Shown here one piece after another: positions 22,124 through 37,100 of a DNA stretch of 64,000 nt; positions within the stretch are counted from its first letter, which is position 1, and each line of letters opens with the position of its first letter. Source of the DNA: Catajapyx aquilonaris (taxonomy: Eukaryota); NCBI GenBank assembly GCA_000934665.2, contig KZ538103.1, positions 1 through 64,000 of the forward strand. The letters are read 5' to 3'. Made by a program: the position numbers and the translations under genes. Under the pieces are notes generated by a model, which saw only the letters and a program-made list of their open reading frames with translations, was not told the DNA's origin and searched no databases.

Positions 22124-25100
22124 CCGTCTCACTTATGCTTAAATCAATCGGTTACAGGCTTAATCCGCAATGACAATTTAGGGCAAAATAGTTTGTCTTG
22201 ATCCGTGGCTGTACAATCTGATAGTTGACTGGTGGGGTTATAGAGACGGCCATAAATGGATATTGACGGCCCTGGGTTGTTTCTATACGGTCCGATTGGC
22301 ATCATGCATTCTTCCATCAGGAGAATACAAATTTATTTTGCACCGTAAGGCAGCAGATGTGTGATAAGACTAGTATATTTTCTCTCCTTATTTTGAGGGC
22401 GGGTGTGTACCTGTCGGCAGGCAACACAGGATTAGTCAAAGTGTACTATTTACTGATTAGGAGAATCTTGCACCTGTCGGGGCCCTTTTCGAGGTGGCAG
22501 CCTATCATTATCGCCTGGTTAAGAAGAATGAACCGCGCTTTTATATTTCAAGAGGGAGGAGGATCCATGGATGTGCTCTCTTTCATTAAATCCTCCTTTT
22601 CGGATGTGAATCTGTGAGGGCGATTCCAGTAGCGGGACAGGAAGTGGGCAGTGGAATAACTGATGCATATAACTCAACATTTAAAAAATATTGGTCGCGC
22701 GGCTTCCCTTTTATTTGGGTATTTATATATGTGCGTCGGCTTCCGCCGCCTCAAATTAATCTCATGTACGGCGGTAGGGCGTTGCTCCATAACTATGGCT
22801 CGGGACCTAAAAATAGTGCGGTCTAATTTCTCTTTTTTTGATGTCCCAGAAATTATAGCATGCTATGGACCGTCAGCTGGAGTGGTCAAGTGCTTTCAAG
22901 CTTTAACCACCAGGTACCATCGATCGGTTTTTTTTTCATCTCTCATTTTTTAGGGATTTTTAGAATTTTTTTTATATATAGAGCTAGAGTTGAGCAGGTA
23001 CATGCCCTGCAGCTTTTGCTGTCATTTATTGTCCAAAATAAAAACCGCTGAACCTGAATGTCACTGTGTCACTTTTTGTGGAAACGAGCCCAGAGCCTTA
23101 TACGTGAAAATAAAACTGAATTTGAGTCACAAGGCAGCGAATTTAATTTTATCCTCGGTTCTTTCCTGAAATACTCTACATGCACAAATACTACAGCACA
23201 TACGATATATAATTTGCCACCTCACGTTTTTTTTTACGAAACGCACATTATTTCAAAAGGCACTCTGCAATAAAAAATATGAAAATAAATGACACAATAA
23301 TTACCGTTAATAAGGAAGAGAGGGGGAAATGTTATGGATTGTTTGCTCCAGAAAACAGTTCACATTGCTGATTTTTCAAGAATCACATTCAAGTGTCGTG
23401 ATTGTTGCTTTGAATTGATTTCTGCGGAGTAGAGCTTTCTTCCTGCCTCCATTATTGGATTGCACAGTATGATAGAATGGGTAGAAATTGATTTTTTTGG
23501 CAGTACGAGTACATCACCAAATACTGTACTGTCTTTGGCACTCATCACTGGTCTTCCGTTTTCAATGAAAATATGAAATTAACTGGAATATGTCGATATT
23601 TATTTTTATAGAGATTTTGCTATAGTTCAAAACTATTCTAAAAACAATGAGTCACTACAATTCCTCAAATCTGAAGAAAATATCAACCTGATTTGGCTCA
23701 TAATTTATTCTGGAAGCATCCGACTTGAACTAATTTCATCACACTTTTTATGGCACATTTGGCTCATATTCCTTTTGTATATTGAGGCTGAAAAGAGAGC
23801 ATCAAAAAGTTGGAGACTGAAGTTTCCTAATATTTCTTCATAATTTTTTTTGTCGCTGTTATCCGCCCCTTAAGAAAGAAAGAAAAAAAAGGAAGGACTG
23901 AAGGAGGAAGAGTCCAATTCTGGAAATGAGAAACTTTTCATCTCGGTCTAATTGAAAATCCGATTTTGGAAAAGTAACAGATGGCCCTCTCCCTTCAAAA
24001 CGTGTGCACTTGTTTCCCCGTATACCCTTAGATATTATGCCAAAAGTCCGGGAATATTAGCCTGCAAAGCCTGCAGGCAATAGAACTTTTTCAACATACA
24101 GGACCGTCGTTAGCCAGATTTGGACTTTTTTTTAATTTAATTTTTTAGGCGCTCCATATCGTCCGATATCACTGGGGGCGAAATATAGATATGCTTCGTG
24201 ACGTCAGTAGGAAGTTATGCTGACCACATGTTGCGGCCACGTTGCCATATTGAGCCGAAAAGAGCAACAAGTCTGAGGGTCCGGCCCTTTGCTCTCTTTG
24301 TGTAGTGTTATGCCTGTTGCATACGTGCAAAAATCAGATGACAAGTCGAAAATGTAACGAGAGAATAATCGAGCAAACCTGGCCTGAGGGGACTAATCCG
24401 CAATTAGGTTCGCACTGGATTACGTTTTGACTTCTGGCCCTCTCTTTTTTGGGGGGAGAAAAAAAATAATAATTTGGGGGAGTGGAAAATATGGGACGTT
24501 GCTGCAAAATAATAATAACACACAAAAAAATTGGGGTTCCTGCCATGAATATTGTGCAGGCTTCCGCTGGTTTTTGTACAGCCTCGGGAGAAAGAGATAC
24601 CCAGTTTCAAATAGCTGGCAGGTAAAAACCCGACTCACTAATTAATGCGGACCTTTTTTGAGAGCCGCGGCCTTTTGTAATTGGACGTCCACAGGATATG
24701 AGCAAAAAAAAACGGTCGTAATCACATGAGATGAAAGGTAGAAGTAATTAAGTCCCCCGCATTATAACATTTTTTCCCCGAAAGGGATGCTGGATATTAT
24801 GCGTCATACATATACAGTGAGAGTGCGGACATTCCTTTGTGTACGGATGTACCCCTTTCCAATAATGCAATTTGGCGCTTTATTGTCATGCTGGACACAC
24901 GGATATTGCTGGAATTGGCGTCCCACAAGTGCGACGCCAGCGCACTTTGTTATTCCGAGCATATAGTCACACATGAAGGGCCCGTAATATGTGTTCTCCA
25001 GCCCCGTGTATATGATGTTGCTCCGCACATTTTCTGATAAACGCTCTCGTCATGTTATGGCACGATGGAATTTTTTTTTGTAAAAAAAAATGTGACTTTT

Positions 25101-28100
25101 TTTCCCCCCTGGATGTAAATGAAGGTTGAGTCTGGTGTTTGGGGGTGCGTCACGGGCAATAACGGACCTAACAGGGGCAATTGCACACCGGGATGAGGCG
25201 ATGGTTCACTCTAAGCGCTTGGACGACACTTTGCACACAGATAGTACAGGGCATCCACCCACAGATTACAAAAAAAAATTAGCTAAAAATAAGCAGCTTA
25301 GGACGGAAAAAAACAGCAAACAGTTCAATTGGACATCCCTAATGTGGTGCCAATAATTTCAAACAATTTATTGAAAAAAATTTCCTTCAGTATATTATTG
25401 GCCTGGAAAGTATGACCGAGATATATACATGCTGAGTATAGATATAACTTTGCAACAACTTTCCTGTCGGCCATTAGGTCAAGAATGTCATTTGCATGCT
25501 GCGCCCTGTAATTGGACGCTTGTTTACATTAAGGGACAAGTGCAGTACACCCATCATTTTTTTATAGTAGTACGTGGGACGGAGGGTTGGGCCCATCATA
25601 ATTAGAAATATGCACATTTTTTGTGCAAAAATAACACGCGCCTGTCCGCAAAACATTTCGCGCCAGGAAGACAAACAAACATGATGTTTTTTCAGTGCTA
25701 TAAAACCTGCTCGATTTAAAATTCCAATCGTGGGACACCTATAGTTAAGGCGCAAAATGGCCGCCGAACTAGATTTGCGTAGTTTTGTAGTCGACATAGA
25801 AGCACTGCAATTGCTTGTAACGCACTATAAACAAGTTTTACTGCCACTTAATTGGTTCGGAATGAACTTACAACGGATTGACTTTCATTCTATAGTTTAG
25901 GCAGACCCCTTGTAAATTTCACATTCGATTGTAGGCCAAATAATGTTTAGGACAAAACGTGCAACAATCAGCGATTCTGCTGTCACAGGGTGTCACACAA
26001 GGACAGATTAGGCGGGAGAGTAACGAAGCGGGACATTTCCTAAGCATTTTGGACGTTTCATTACGCAAACCAGAGTCTAAATCCGCAGCCGTTGTAATCC
26101 AAGAAATTCGACAGAGGAACCCGAACCTCGAAGACTGAAGAAGAAGAGGAGAGAGAGAGAAAAAAAGTGCTCCATCAGCAGCTCTTTTTCCTCTCTGTCT
26201 TCTCCCCTTGCTGGTTCGCCATCCGTTACCCCTGTCGTCGCAAATTTGTTTGGGATTTATGAGCCCCGGGTTCATTAGGAAGACGTCACATTCCGACGCC
26301 CGATGCCACAGCTAGATATCTACGGCCTTTAATTTGAATCCTCTGAGAAGCAGACCTTCTCTAGTTAAGGCAGAAAAAAAACATGTTTTAAACGCATGCG
26401 CAACACGTGCTTTTTTGAAAATAATGGTGACGGGACCAACACACACAAAATAAAGAGGCGTAATGAGTCATACCGATATTGGTGCACTGACAGCCCTTCA
26501 ATGGCCTGTTTGTTTAGCTCTATTCATTCAATTAGTATCAGTCGAGTACTTTTTTATTAGCAGGGTGATAAAAGCCGGATGTGGTAACGATTGCAGCTAA
26601 AAAAAAATGCGCGACGCTGATTTTGCATCGAAAAGTATACACAATTACCGGTTTTAAAAATAAATAATGCCCTCGCAGGGGTTTTTAAAAAAAATAACAT
26701 TTTAAGTTCCGATTTGGGGGCGTCAATCAGTGTCGGTTTATCACTGGCGTCACTTTTGTTGGCGGACACAATAAATGACCTGTGTATGCATTTCTGTTGG
26801 TTGGGCGTTTTGAATGAAAATGGACCATTTATATTTACACTGCGATCACCTGGCAGTTAACATTTATGTCAGATATGCGTCGTGATTAACCCTGGCGACA
26901 CATTAGGATCACTGTCGCTCTCAAAAAGGTCCGACCTGTCAGCCCCCACAGCAATGACACCAGCAAACCCGCTATTTTATTAATTAACAACAATGAGCGC
27001 TGGGAGTAGTTAAAAGTTATTGCGGCAGTAACGATTATTTGCAACTATTTCCCAATAATTGCGTCGTTGCAGTTATTATTCGTAATTTGCCGTTATTGAC
27101 TGTCATTGCTGATAATTATGATCGTGATTTAACCTCAGTGCCTACGCTGTTAAAATGCAGGGTGGTGCAATTGCCCCCAAATTCACAGTCCACGAGAAGC
27201 TGGGATAGTCAATAAACTCGTATTAAGTCCACGAGAAGCGTACCTACTTCATTGTTTACTTTAGCAACCAATTATGAGACGTCACAGATAATTTTTGGCC
27301 ATCATCAGGGCTATCAACATTTGACACAAAGATAATTTTTTGGGTTGGTGACTTCAGACTTCATGAAGTTAGATGGATGTGATTTCCCAACTCAGATTGT
27401 TTATCATCTGATATAATCGGCAGAATTCATCAATTGTTGGACCCTGTAGTTCATTCGGTGCTCGGCAATTGTGTCGCTGTATAAAGAGACAACTGCAGAG
27501 GAGCAATATATTTTACACCCGGCATTGACTGGGAATAAATACGGGTTCAATTTAGGTAGCAAGCAGCGTAGATTCGGCCATTAGTCCTGCACTAAGCTTA
27601 TCTCTGGCGATTAATGCCATTGAGCCTCCATCTCTCGTGATAATAAGCCGCAAATCTCATTACCGGAGATGGCGCGGATCATTGATTGCGTGTGTATTTT
27701 TATCCCCAGTACTGGTGGTGGTGGTGTAGCAAAACTGGCGAGGTCACACACTTCGCTAAAACACATTGTGAATATAAGGTTTGTAAGCGATCAAACTGGA
27801 GATCAGGGTTGAACGCTCTGGCAACGTCGCATTGGGAGGGAAGCAGGGTTGCCATTTCACAGAATCACGATGCTTTTCTGCGTCTAACTCCACCCCCAAT
27901 GTTACGTACTGTCACTCTGGGCCAGATATATCTTCGAAAAGTCCTTTTGGCTTTTTCTCTAACAAAATTATGGCATTTTGTGGAAACGGCTATAACCAAC
28001 CATACTCTTGGACAAGCTCTAGTTTATATCGATGACCTGCGATTAAACCCTCCAAATATTGGGGAAAACTGCCCGGAAGTTGCGGTGATGCCACGCGTCT

Positions 28101-31100
28101 GTGGCAAAATGGCGGCCCCCTTTATGCACCTGGCATTTGAATGCCAGGCCTGTTGTGTGTGAACGAAAGAGGTCGAGGAGACACCACTTTTTGTTGGTTT
28201 TTGTGTGCAATTTTTTTTGCAAAAAAATATATATCCGAGAGTCAACCGTCGTTTGGTGTCAACTGCGGCCCTTGACACCAAGGGGCTTGTCATACACCTC
28301 CGGTCCGCATGGCCGCCCCGGAGAAGGGTTATTACCGCCCCGGAAAAGAGGAGAGCGGGTTGGGGGTGGGTACAAAACATCGCCCTTAATCTGACGAGAG
28401 AGGTCCGTAAACCCAGTGTTTTGAGGCCTTATGGTGTAACTACCCACCCACCTATCTGGCCCCTGATGAGAAGCCGGTGCTAACTACTTCATAAATGCTT
28501 AGCAAAGAAAGTGATGCCGGCAGCTCATGAAATCTGACCGGATGAGAGAGCGGCGTCAATAAAATATTACATGCGCACTAAGTAAGTGCTGCGGGGCTCT
28601 ACTGCCAAACTATTACACAGGGGAAGAGTGTTATGTGCTACGTCTTGTACTTTCGGGAAGGGAAACTGTTGCCGGATGCTGCAGTTAAATTTCGACTCTG
28701 AGGCTGCGTTGTATATAGTTAGCGAGGAAATGTTTCATCCAGTTAAACTGATCGGTGGAGGAGCTCTGCTGACACATTTGCCAGTGGTCTTTCCGAGCAA
28801 GGTTTCATCTTGGAAAATATACCTTCTGCTCACGTCTGTGTATCAGATATCCGGCAGTGATATCCATCCCCCCTTGAAAACGAGATTTGGTTTTTTGCTA
28901 GTGACCACCAAGCCTTAATGCAGGTCCGTATCTGGTATATCCCGAGCACGCGAGTGGGGTCTTCTCCAGTCCCGTCAAGTGAGTCCTAAATATGCGGAAG
29001 TGATTTACGAGTTCCCTTTTCCGAATGGAAGTCGTTCTTTTTTTTTAAAAAAAAAAACCCCTATATATATACTCCGAGCCAATCCTACCCAAGTTCAAAT
29101 GCGAGGCGTCATGGCGAAACCGACGTTTAATTTTGTGCAGCTTGTTGTTTGTTGGGTCTCTCCTGAAGAAGTCCGGTCTTCACACAGCCCCAACCCGCCG
29201 AATCCGGAGTGGGTGGGGAAGAGAGAAAGAGAAATAAATCAGAATGTAATCCTGACGAATAGGACTGGCCTTCTTGTGGAACATCTTCCGCCGCACACAA
29301 TCTTACCCGGCTCTAAACGCATCTGCACAAAACAAAGGCGATTTGTAACGAGGTGTTTACTTTTTTCTCTCTATCTCTGTTGTTGCTGTTATTTTCTTGT
29401 TGTCGTTGGAACGATGCGTGACCGCAATGGACTGCAGCCAAAATGTGATATTGTGCCCAAAATATGAGAGAAATTATTAGAAACAATTTCCGCGCTACAA
29501 ATTCATGTGTGTGTACTGTACAGTACAATCATGATGGAATCTTCCACTGTGGAAAACTCCATTGGACAAAGAATGCGTTCAAAATAGAATTTATGGCGCA
29601 ATTTTGCACCAAATTTTGTTCCTCGCAAAATCCATTTTACAAAAAAATTGCATCCTCTGTGTATGTAGGCCACGAACGAACATTTTTGCATAATCCCGTC
29701 TCTTTTGCTCTATCATTTCGTAGCACGTCTGTTCATTTAAGGGACTTTGCAATTGCATTCCTACTCTCACAGAGAGAGAGAGAGAGAGAGACGAGAGCAG
29801 AAGTCATTTTTAGGAAAATAACAGATGAGGAGAGGCCCGAGCGCTAATTATCTCCCCTGTTATTACCTGTCCCGGATTAGACCCCCAGCATAACCGGATG
29901 GGAAAATTTTCGAGCTTGGGAACCGCCAGAAAGGGCCACTGGAAGGATGACAAATCTTTTGACATAAATCTTCAGCTTCCAACCCGAGTTAACTCCAGAT
30001 GCACTGAGCCCACCAGACTCATTCCAAAACTTCTTTTTTTTTCCCCCTTCCCTTCACACGTAACCAGGAATGTTAATTTCGCCAAGTTACACCCTCGTGC
30101 AATCTATACAGGGCGACACACTGCTCAAACTAATGGCTGATCATTAAGATGCATCCATTCAAACAGCTAACTGCGTAAGTGTAATCAGCAGCTTAATTTA
30201 AAAAATCACCGACACTTTTATTGGAACATGAAGTAACTTCGACCTAGGTCAGTTCCCCTTGAATCTTCGAGTGTTGTTTACATTGAAACATTTTTCGAGT
30301 GGTGGTTTGCGGATCTTCAAAACTAAAGAGGTCCACTCGAGCATGTGTCACATTATCCACTTCTAGTGTGGTCTACATTCAGCTCCAGACAGACAGAAAA
30401 AGGGAGGGAGGTCAAAGGTCAACCCTCTCTTTGCCCTGGGATGGAAAGAACTGGTCTCCGTGCAATTAAGCACGTGACAGAAATCATCCGAGAGCAAGGC
30501 TTTAATTACTGCTTCTGACAGCGCACACAATTGTTGGCCATGATGTCATACTTATAATGGAAAGTCCAGGACTTAATTTTGTAAAATGAGTTGGGAGACA
30601 ACAGTTCTTTCCATAAACAGTAGCCGTTACAACAAAATAGCCGCTAGTGCTGCGTTGCCACATTGTCAGGTGTGCAAATGATGAGCATGCGCATACCCTT
30701 CCATCTAGTTCCCCCCACTTGCCAGGAGAGCGTCGCTAGTGTCGTTTGCAATCTCGTTTGCAATGTGCACACTGAGATATTGAGAGTTATTCCAACCTAG
30801 AGCAAAGGAGCAATTTTTTGGCGGATTCGTGTGTCGGCGGTGTTGGGCCTTTGTTTATTTTTGCGCGTCGGATGCGGGCATATCTGGGCAAGATGGATGC
30901 CCCAGCTCCCCTCGGGTTGTTTGAACTGATAAAGTGCAGGTGTCGGCAGGCTCATTACTTTTGGCAAGGGGCGCCGCAGTTACAGATGGCCTCGCGGTCC
31001 AAGGCGACGCACAAGCGGCCCCAAATCACATCGCTGGTTGCGTGTCCGAAGGGCGTTTGCGCACTTAAATGATATCCACACATTTATTTATTTTTCTCTC

Positions 31101-34100
31101 TCTCTCTCGTTTTCTTTCACCTCCCCCAAAAACTTTTGTTTTTGTGGCTTTGCTGCAAAATTGGAAGAAGGGGTTTTCCTGTTGGCCGAGAATAGGTGGC
31201 GACACTGCGGGCGTTCTAAGCTTGGAGGGAAAATCTAATTGAGCGCCGGCTTATTTGGAGCGAGTTGTGATGGTCGACGCCTCGAGACTTGGCCGCAAAT
31301 TGGCCCTTTCCCCATCACCCATCCATTACTAATGAACCAATCAAGGCCGACTACGTCTCAGGCCCAGAATTGCAACAAAGGACAAGACAGGACGCTTCCA
31401 AATCTGGCACATAACCTCATGAAACTTCAAATGTCCGTACTATTTTATACTATGCAGTTAAAGTTTCCACCGTTTTTACTTTCATCTGGAAATCCTCGGA
31501 CCGTTCCTATCCAGTGCTGAGAACCTGATCGCAATAATGTGGAAAGCGTAGAAACCGTTAGCGAAAATGGTGCGTCAATTATCTGGGTGCCAAAATTTGT
31601 AGCTCCCATTTGCCTCGTTTCCTTTTTTTTCTTTTTCATCATCAGAGAAAATTATGAACGCCAGAAAAAAAGATGGTTGCAGCTATATACTGCTGAGAAC
31701 GAAAAGAGGAGGGGAAAAAATCCTGGAGTTCATTCGGAAGCTCTCCAAATAGATTGGGTCCGCCTTCATTTTCTACAAATAATTGTTTGGAGGCGGCTCT
31801 CTCTTTTTTTCGGCGAAACTCATACATTGCTACGTGATTTTGCCAGCAGAATTTCCGGACCTTTGCTTTTTAAAAAAAATATCTGGAGAGGCGGGAATAA
31901 AAGTAGCTGGCTGGTTGATTCATGTCTCGGCTGAGATTGCCATTTGACCCTATTTCCTTACCTTTTTTTAGCCAGCTTTTTCGCGCAACACCCACAAAAG
32001 ATGGAGGCCCTTGTTGCCGCCACAATGGAAACCTCTTCAATATTTTAAGCGGTAATGAAAGTTGCTTGCAACGTTTCTCCCTCCAGCTTTTTATGGAGTC
32101 GAATTTTACACTCCAAGCTTGAGGGAAAAAACCGGGCATTGATTTTTTTTGCCCCCCCCCCCCTCCATTGCCTGGAAATGACATCGGAATGATACGGTTT
32201 TTGGAGACGGTTGGGTGGGTGGGGGGAGAGGGGGGGGGCTAGAAAAATAATCTGGTTAAGTATTGTAACTTAACCGACGTCCTTTCAGGGCAGTAAACTT
32301 TTTTATGCCGTTCGGTGACCGTGCCATAAACTCAGGAGGGGTATAGGAGGGTGGGATTTCTATTCCGGGAATTTTCATGTCATACGGGCTGGGAAGATTA
32401 TACCAGACACTTTTCTCGCCGAAAGAGACCATTTGGCCCCCGCGGTTTCCGCGACCTCAATTTCCAAAATCGGGAATGAGGAGGGCTATCAAATCTTGCG
32501 GGTCACTTAGTACCTTTTCTGATGTCGATGCAGACTTCTCTCTCTTTCTTTTTTTACTATTCCTTTTTGCTCTTTTCCCGTCTCTGTCAGTGGGACCAAT
32601 GGAAATAATTTTGCAGCAGAAGCGTTTGAAGTGATATTATATAGTCCAGCAAACTGTACATGTGTTGGCGCATCAATGTTTTCCAGCCAACAATGAGTTT
32701 CTTCCAGGGTCTCTGTGGCGCGCGGCTGGCTGTTTGCTGAAGCAATCTAATAACTCGGCGCGTTAGGCATAATTGTACAGCTCGGGGTCCCATTAGTCAC
32801 TTAGCTGCAGGCAACAGTGACATCATCTTACTTACATTTTGTTCCCTCCAGAGAGGCATAGTGTTGGTGGGCAAGAAAAGTAATTTTGTAAGGCGGAGGG
32901 AGATCCTCCTGTTTACTTTTGGATTGAAGTGGCAACAGTCCCACTGAGGGCTTATCGTGGGTCGGCAAGCAAGGAAAGGTGGGGGTGGGTGTGGTGTTTC
33001 TTCCTCCATATCTTATGTAAGAGGCGAGGCCGCAGTTTCCTCTCGTCTCATCGCTTTCTTCTTGCACGTGCCGCCTGCTTGGTCGTCTCTTTTTCGTTGT
33101 GTTCCTCCTAGTTTCCCTCCCCTCCTCACGAGACGACGGAAGAGAAGCCAGATTAATCTTTCACTGGAGGGGCCGCAAAAGCAAGCGAGTTTTGCATTTT
33201 GGTCCCCTTTCTATTCCCCCCTTTTTCTTCTTTTCCTCCCTTCCTTACCCACGAAATGGCTCGGAACCAATTTTAAAATTAATGGATCAGGACCGCTACG
33301 CACTTGCCAAATTATTTGCTCGCTGTCGGAGCCACAGACACACTTTGAATCAGGGCAATGGGGGGGATTGGATGTAACAATGGGCTGTGACACACAGTCG
33401 AGAGGGGATGAACAGCCCCAGTTCAGTTTATGGTGACTGTTTACGATCGCGCCATGTCAAGAGAGGCATACGTAAGGTGGCATATTAGCGAAAACTCAAT
33501 TACATCCCTAACTCAATTGTTCTGTACACAACATAGTGCAGGCGCATACCATTTCGGAAAGAGTTTCAAATTGCTGCGAGGCAAACTGTGGAGAAAAACA
33601 TTGACGAAAATGCTGATGGAAAAACTTTCAATATCAGACTGCAAATTTCTCCCAAATTCTTTTCCTCTTCCTTTGACGGAGAATGCCAACAGCTTCTGGT
33701 ACAGTACACCAAATATGCTGCTTAAAATGTATGAAGTAAGGTAAATGGATACAGGTATGAAACTCACTACTGTCACCTGACCTATCACAATGCAGAGCTG
33801 GTTGTCCAATTACAGCAGGCCCTAATACCATGGATACAAATAGGTTCGGAAGCGGCATTCTCGGCGGCTCAATCTCTGATAAGAATCACGGTAGTTATTT
33901 CGTCAGCAGTCAGTTGGAGGAATGAGGGGGGAAGGGAGAGAAAGGTTAACAAGGCAAATTACAATCCCATGGAAGAGAGAAGAGGGGGAGGTGATGAAAG
34001 GTCTGGTCGTGAACGAGAGAACAGCAGGTTTCCTTCTTCCTCTTCTTCTTCTTTCTCTGATGATCATCCACCTCGGATTCCAATTTGATTCCTCTCTCTG

Positions 34101-37100
34101 CTGGCTGCAGGATCATTTAACAAAATGGACTCGTTACTCCCCACCATGTCTGCCCAATTTTTTTACGGAAGAAAGTTGACAAAATTAGCCGCAATGTGGA
34201 TCAGTTTATTACAGGGTGGTACATTGTCCCAAGTCCCCCCGGTGAAGTTCTAAACCGGTTGCTGTTGTGAACAATCCGCTGTTTCTTCTCGAACTGGCAC
34301 CACCCAGTATGCCTGATCCATCTTTCATGACCGGAATTTATATTTTTCGGTCGGAATTTCAGAAAATAGAGGAGCGTCAGTGCAGCCACCCTCCTGGGGT
34401 TGGACCTTTTCCTCGGTCTTCCCTTAAAAGGAGCAGATGCTACCTGTAAGCCTGCCTGCAGAATGTTGAGAAAGGTTTCCGTCACAGTCACGATCCGATT
34501 GGTTTCGCATCCGGGACACTGGTTCACATCACCTGTCCGAAAACCCTCTGAGGGCACCCCCTCTCTTTTTTTTCCTTTTTTGGGGAGGAGGGGGTGGGGG
34601 GTTCACTGATTGTATCCGGATCCTGTGCCGTCACGTCCGGATCCGTAGGCCCGCATAGTAATTCAGGGATTCGTCACAGGATCTGGATCAATGTGGGATC
34701 ACTAAGTGGCGTGTAAAGGGGGGGAAAGGTAAGGTAGAGAGGTAGAGAGAGAGAGACGAAAGCTCACACTGTGCTACACAGCTGCAACACACCTCGATAA
34801 AAACACACACGCAACAATGGGGGACCCAGCAAGAAGCCGGTTTCTGGCCACAACAGCACGATTCGGCCTCAAAACATTAGCTACACTTTATGCCCCTGTG
34901 ACCTCCGACCTGGGTCGCACCTGGCCCTGATCTGGTCTGATGTTAGTTTCGCCTTTTTAGCTAAGCATACCATCCAAGTCCAACAATAAAGACACCTTCG
35001 TGATTGTATATACCTGTTTGTCCCATATATTTCTGAGCTGACCGGAACGTGCCGGCTTGTTCCGTTCCGCGCCAGTGACATGAATCTGAATCATTTGCCT
35101 ACCCTTCGAGGCTTGTTTAATTTCTTCTTTTTTCGGTTGGCATGATGCATAAGCGATGGCGCTAATGAGAGTTGAAGGAGACGGTGCATAACGAAGCGGA
35201 ATCGATGATGGCCAAGGAGGAAGCCGGCTTTGTGACTGGAAAAGCACACAAAAGGACGTACGGAGGAGAAGCCTCGTGGCCTTTTCCAAGAGCTCTGGGT
35301 TGGAAAAAGGCCCCCCCATTTTCCTACCCCCTTCTTTCCCTCCCCTATTAAAATGTGACACGCAACAAACGAACCTGGCCGACGATGACAGGCTATACAT
35401 CTTGGGCCAATAACACGCAAAAAAATGGAGGTGAGGAATGTCAGATCCCTCGAGAAATTTCCACCCAGGCTGCCAAAAGGACTATGCCACACACACACAA
35501 CTTGGGGAGGTGACCCGCCATTGTCACCTCCCTCGGGTCCCACCAAATTGCTAATATTTTGCGACACGAAAATGCGGAAAAAATTGAATAAGGCCCAGCT
35601 ATTTTATGCCCCTGTTATATGCAAAAAAAAAGTGCATACAACTGTTAGCAATTTGTGTGCAATAAGCTTCAAATATTGTGGGCTGAAAGGATATTTTTTT
35701 CCACTAAACTGAACCGCAACAATGACCATATCTCCTCCCCAGAGCCAGCCTATTGTATAACACTATCGAAATAATTCTTCAGCAAGATTGTTCGATTTTG
35801 GACCGCCCCCGAAATTCGGCCATTAAAAAGTCTGTTTCATGGGAAATTGAACCTTTCCCCCATTACTGGTAATGTGATTCGATGGAACACGTCTTCTTGA
35901 AAACGGTTATCTTTATACAACAGGCTGCTGCTGCTGCTTCTCCTCCCCCATCCTCCTCCCCCTCCTCCGACATTTCGGTCCTCTTGAGGTTTTGGCCACG
36001 GTTCATTAGCCATTGGGCTGACTGATGAAGGTTACGGCTTCTGATTGGAAGGGTTATTAATTATTTCCAACCCCGCCGTAAGTCCAACACTTCATCATTG
36101 GGGATAACTTTTATCTCGGAGGTAGCTCGAGGCAATTACAGGTTGCATATAGGCAAGGAGGGAGGGAGGGGGGGAAGGGAGGAAAAAGTGGGAATCGAAA
36201 ATCGATCCGCGGAAATTGGGATAAGCGATTGAGGTGTTCGAGCTTTCACGTCCAATGTGGCTCACTCAACGCTCCCTTTTTTTGGAATAGTCTTACATTA
36301 ACGGGATTCCTTCAAAGTTGTATGACAAACTTAACTTTATTTTATAGGAGTCACTATTACTGCGAACGCAACCGAGTGCGCATCACATTTCGCGCAGCGT
36401 GAACGGTTGGCATTATCAATGATATGTACTGCGCTTCACTATTTCCAACGCTACTCTTGGGGAGGATGTATGCGACGTTGCTAAAGCTCTGGAACGAACC
36501 TCAGAGGCTACGTGTATAATGGGGAGCAAGTGTGGGATGTGGCAACGTTGTTGTCATAGACTAACAATGGAGCTGCGCGAGTGTGGGTGCGCACTCGGCT
36601 GCGCTCCTATAAAATTCATATACGAGCGGCTCCGGAAGACCATAACAGTGTCGGAGACATTTTTACCGATGTGTTTGTATAAGCTTAATAATGAAACACG
36701 CGGTATTTTTCCGGGCGTGATTGTGGTGTCACCTTCCCCTGGTTGGTGACCGCCGGCCCAATTTGTCCAGTAATTAATGACCTCTCGGGCCTGATTTAAA
36801 CAGCCGTCAGTTAATCAGCGGGCATCACCTCCCCAATATTCGGGGGTGTCCGGGTCCGAATACGCAATTTGGAAGCCTTCAAACCGGCCGTGTGATTAGG
36901 TGCGCATTAATTTTTATGACGTGACGCGGGGGCCGTATCACGTGCAACACGGTCAAACCGTGTCCCGCAGACACTCTTTTTTTAAACGCGCTGGGGAAAT
37001 GACGCCTGACGACATGGGGTTGGTGCTAATCGAAAATATGGGATCGATGTTTGCCAGCAGAAGAGCCGATATACAAGAAGGCCGATTTCTCACGAGCAGG

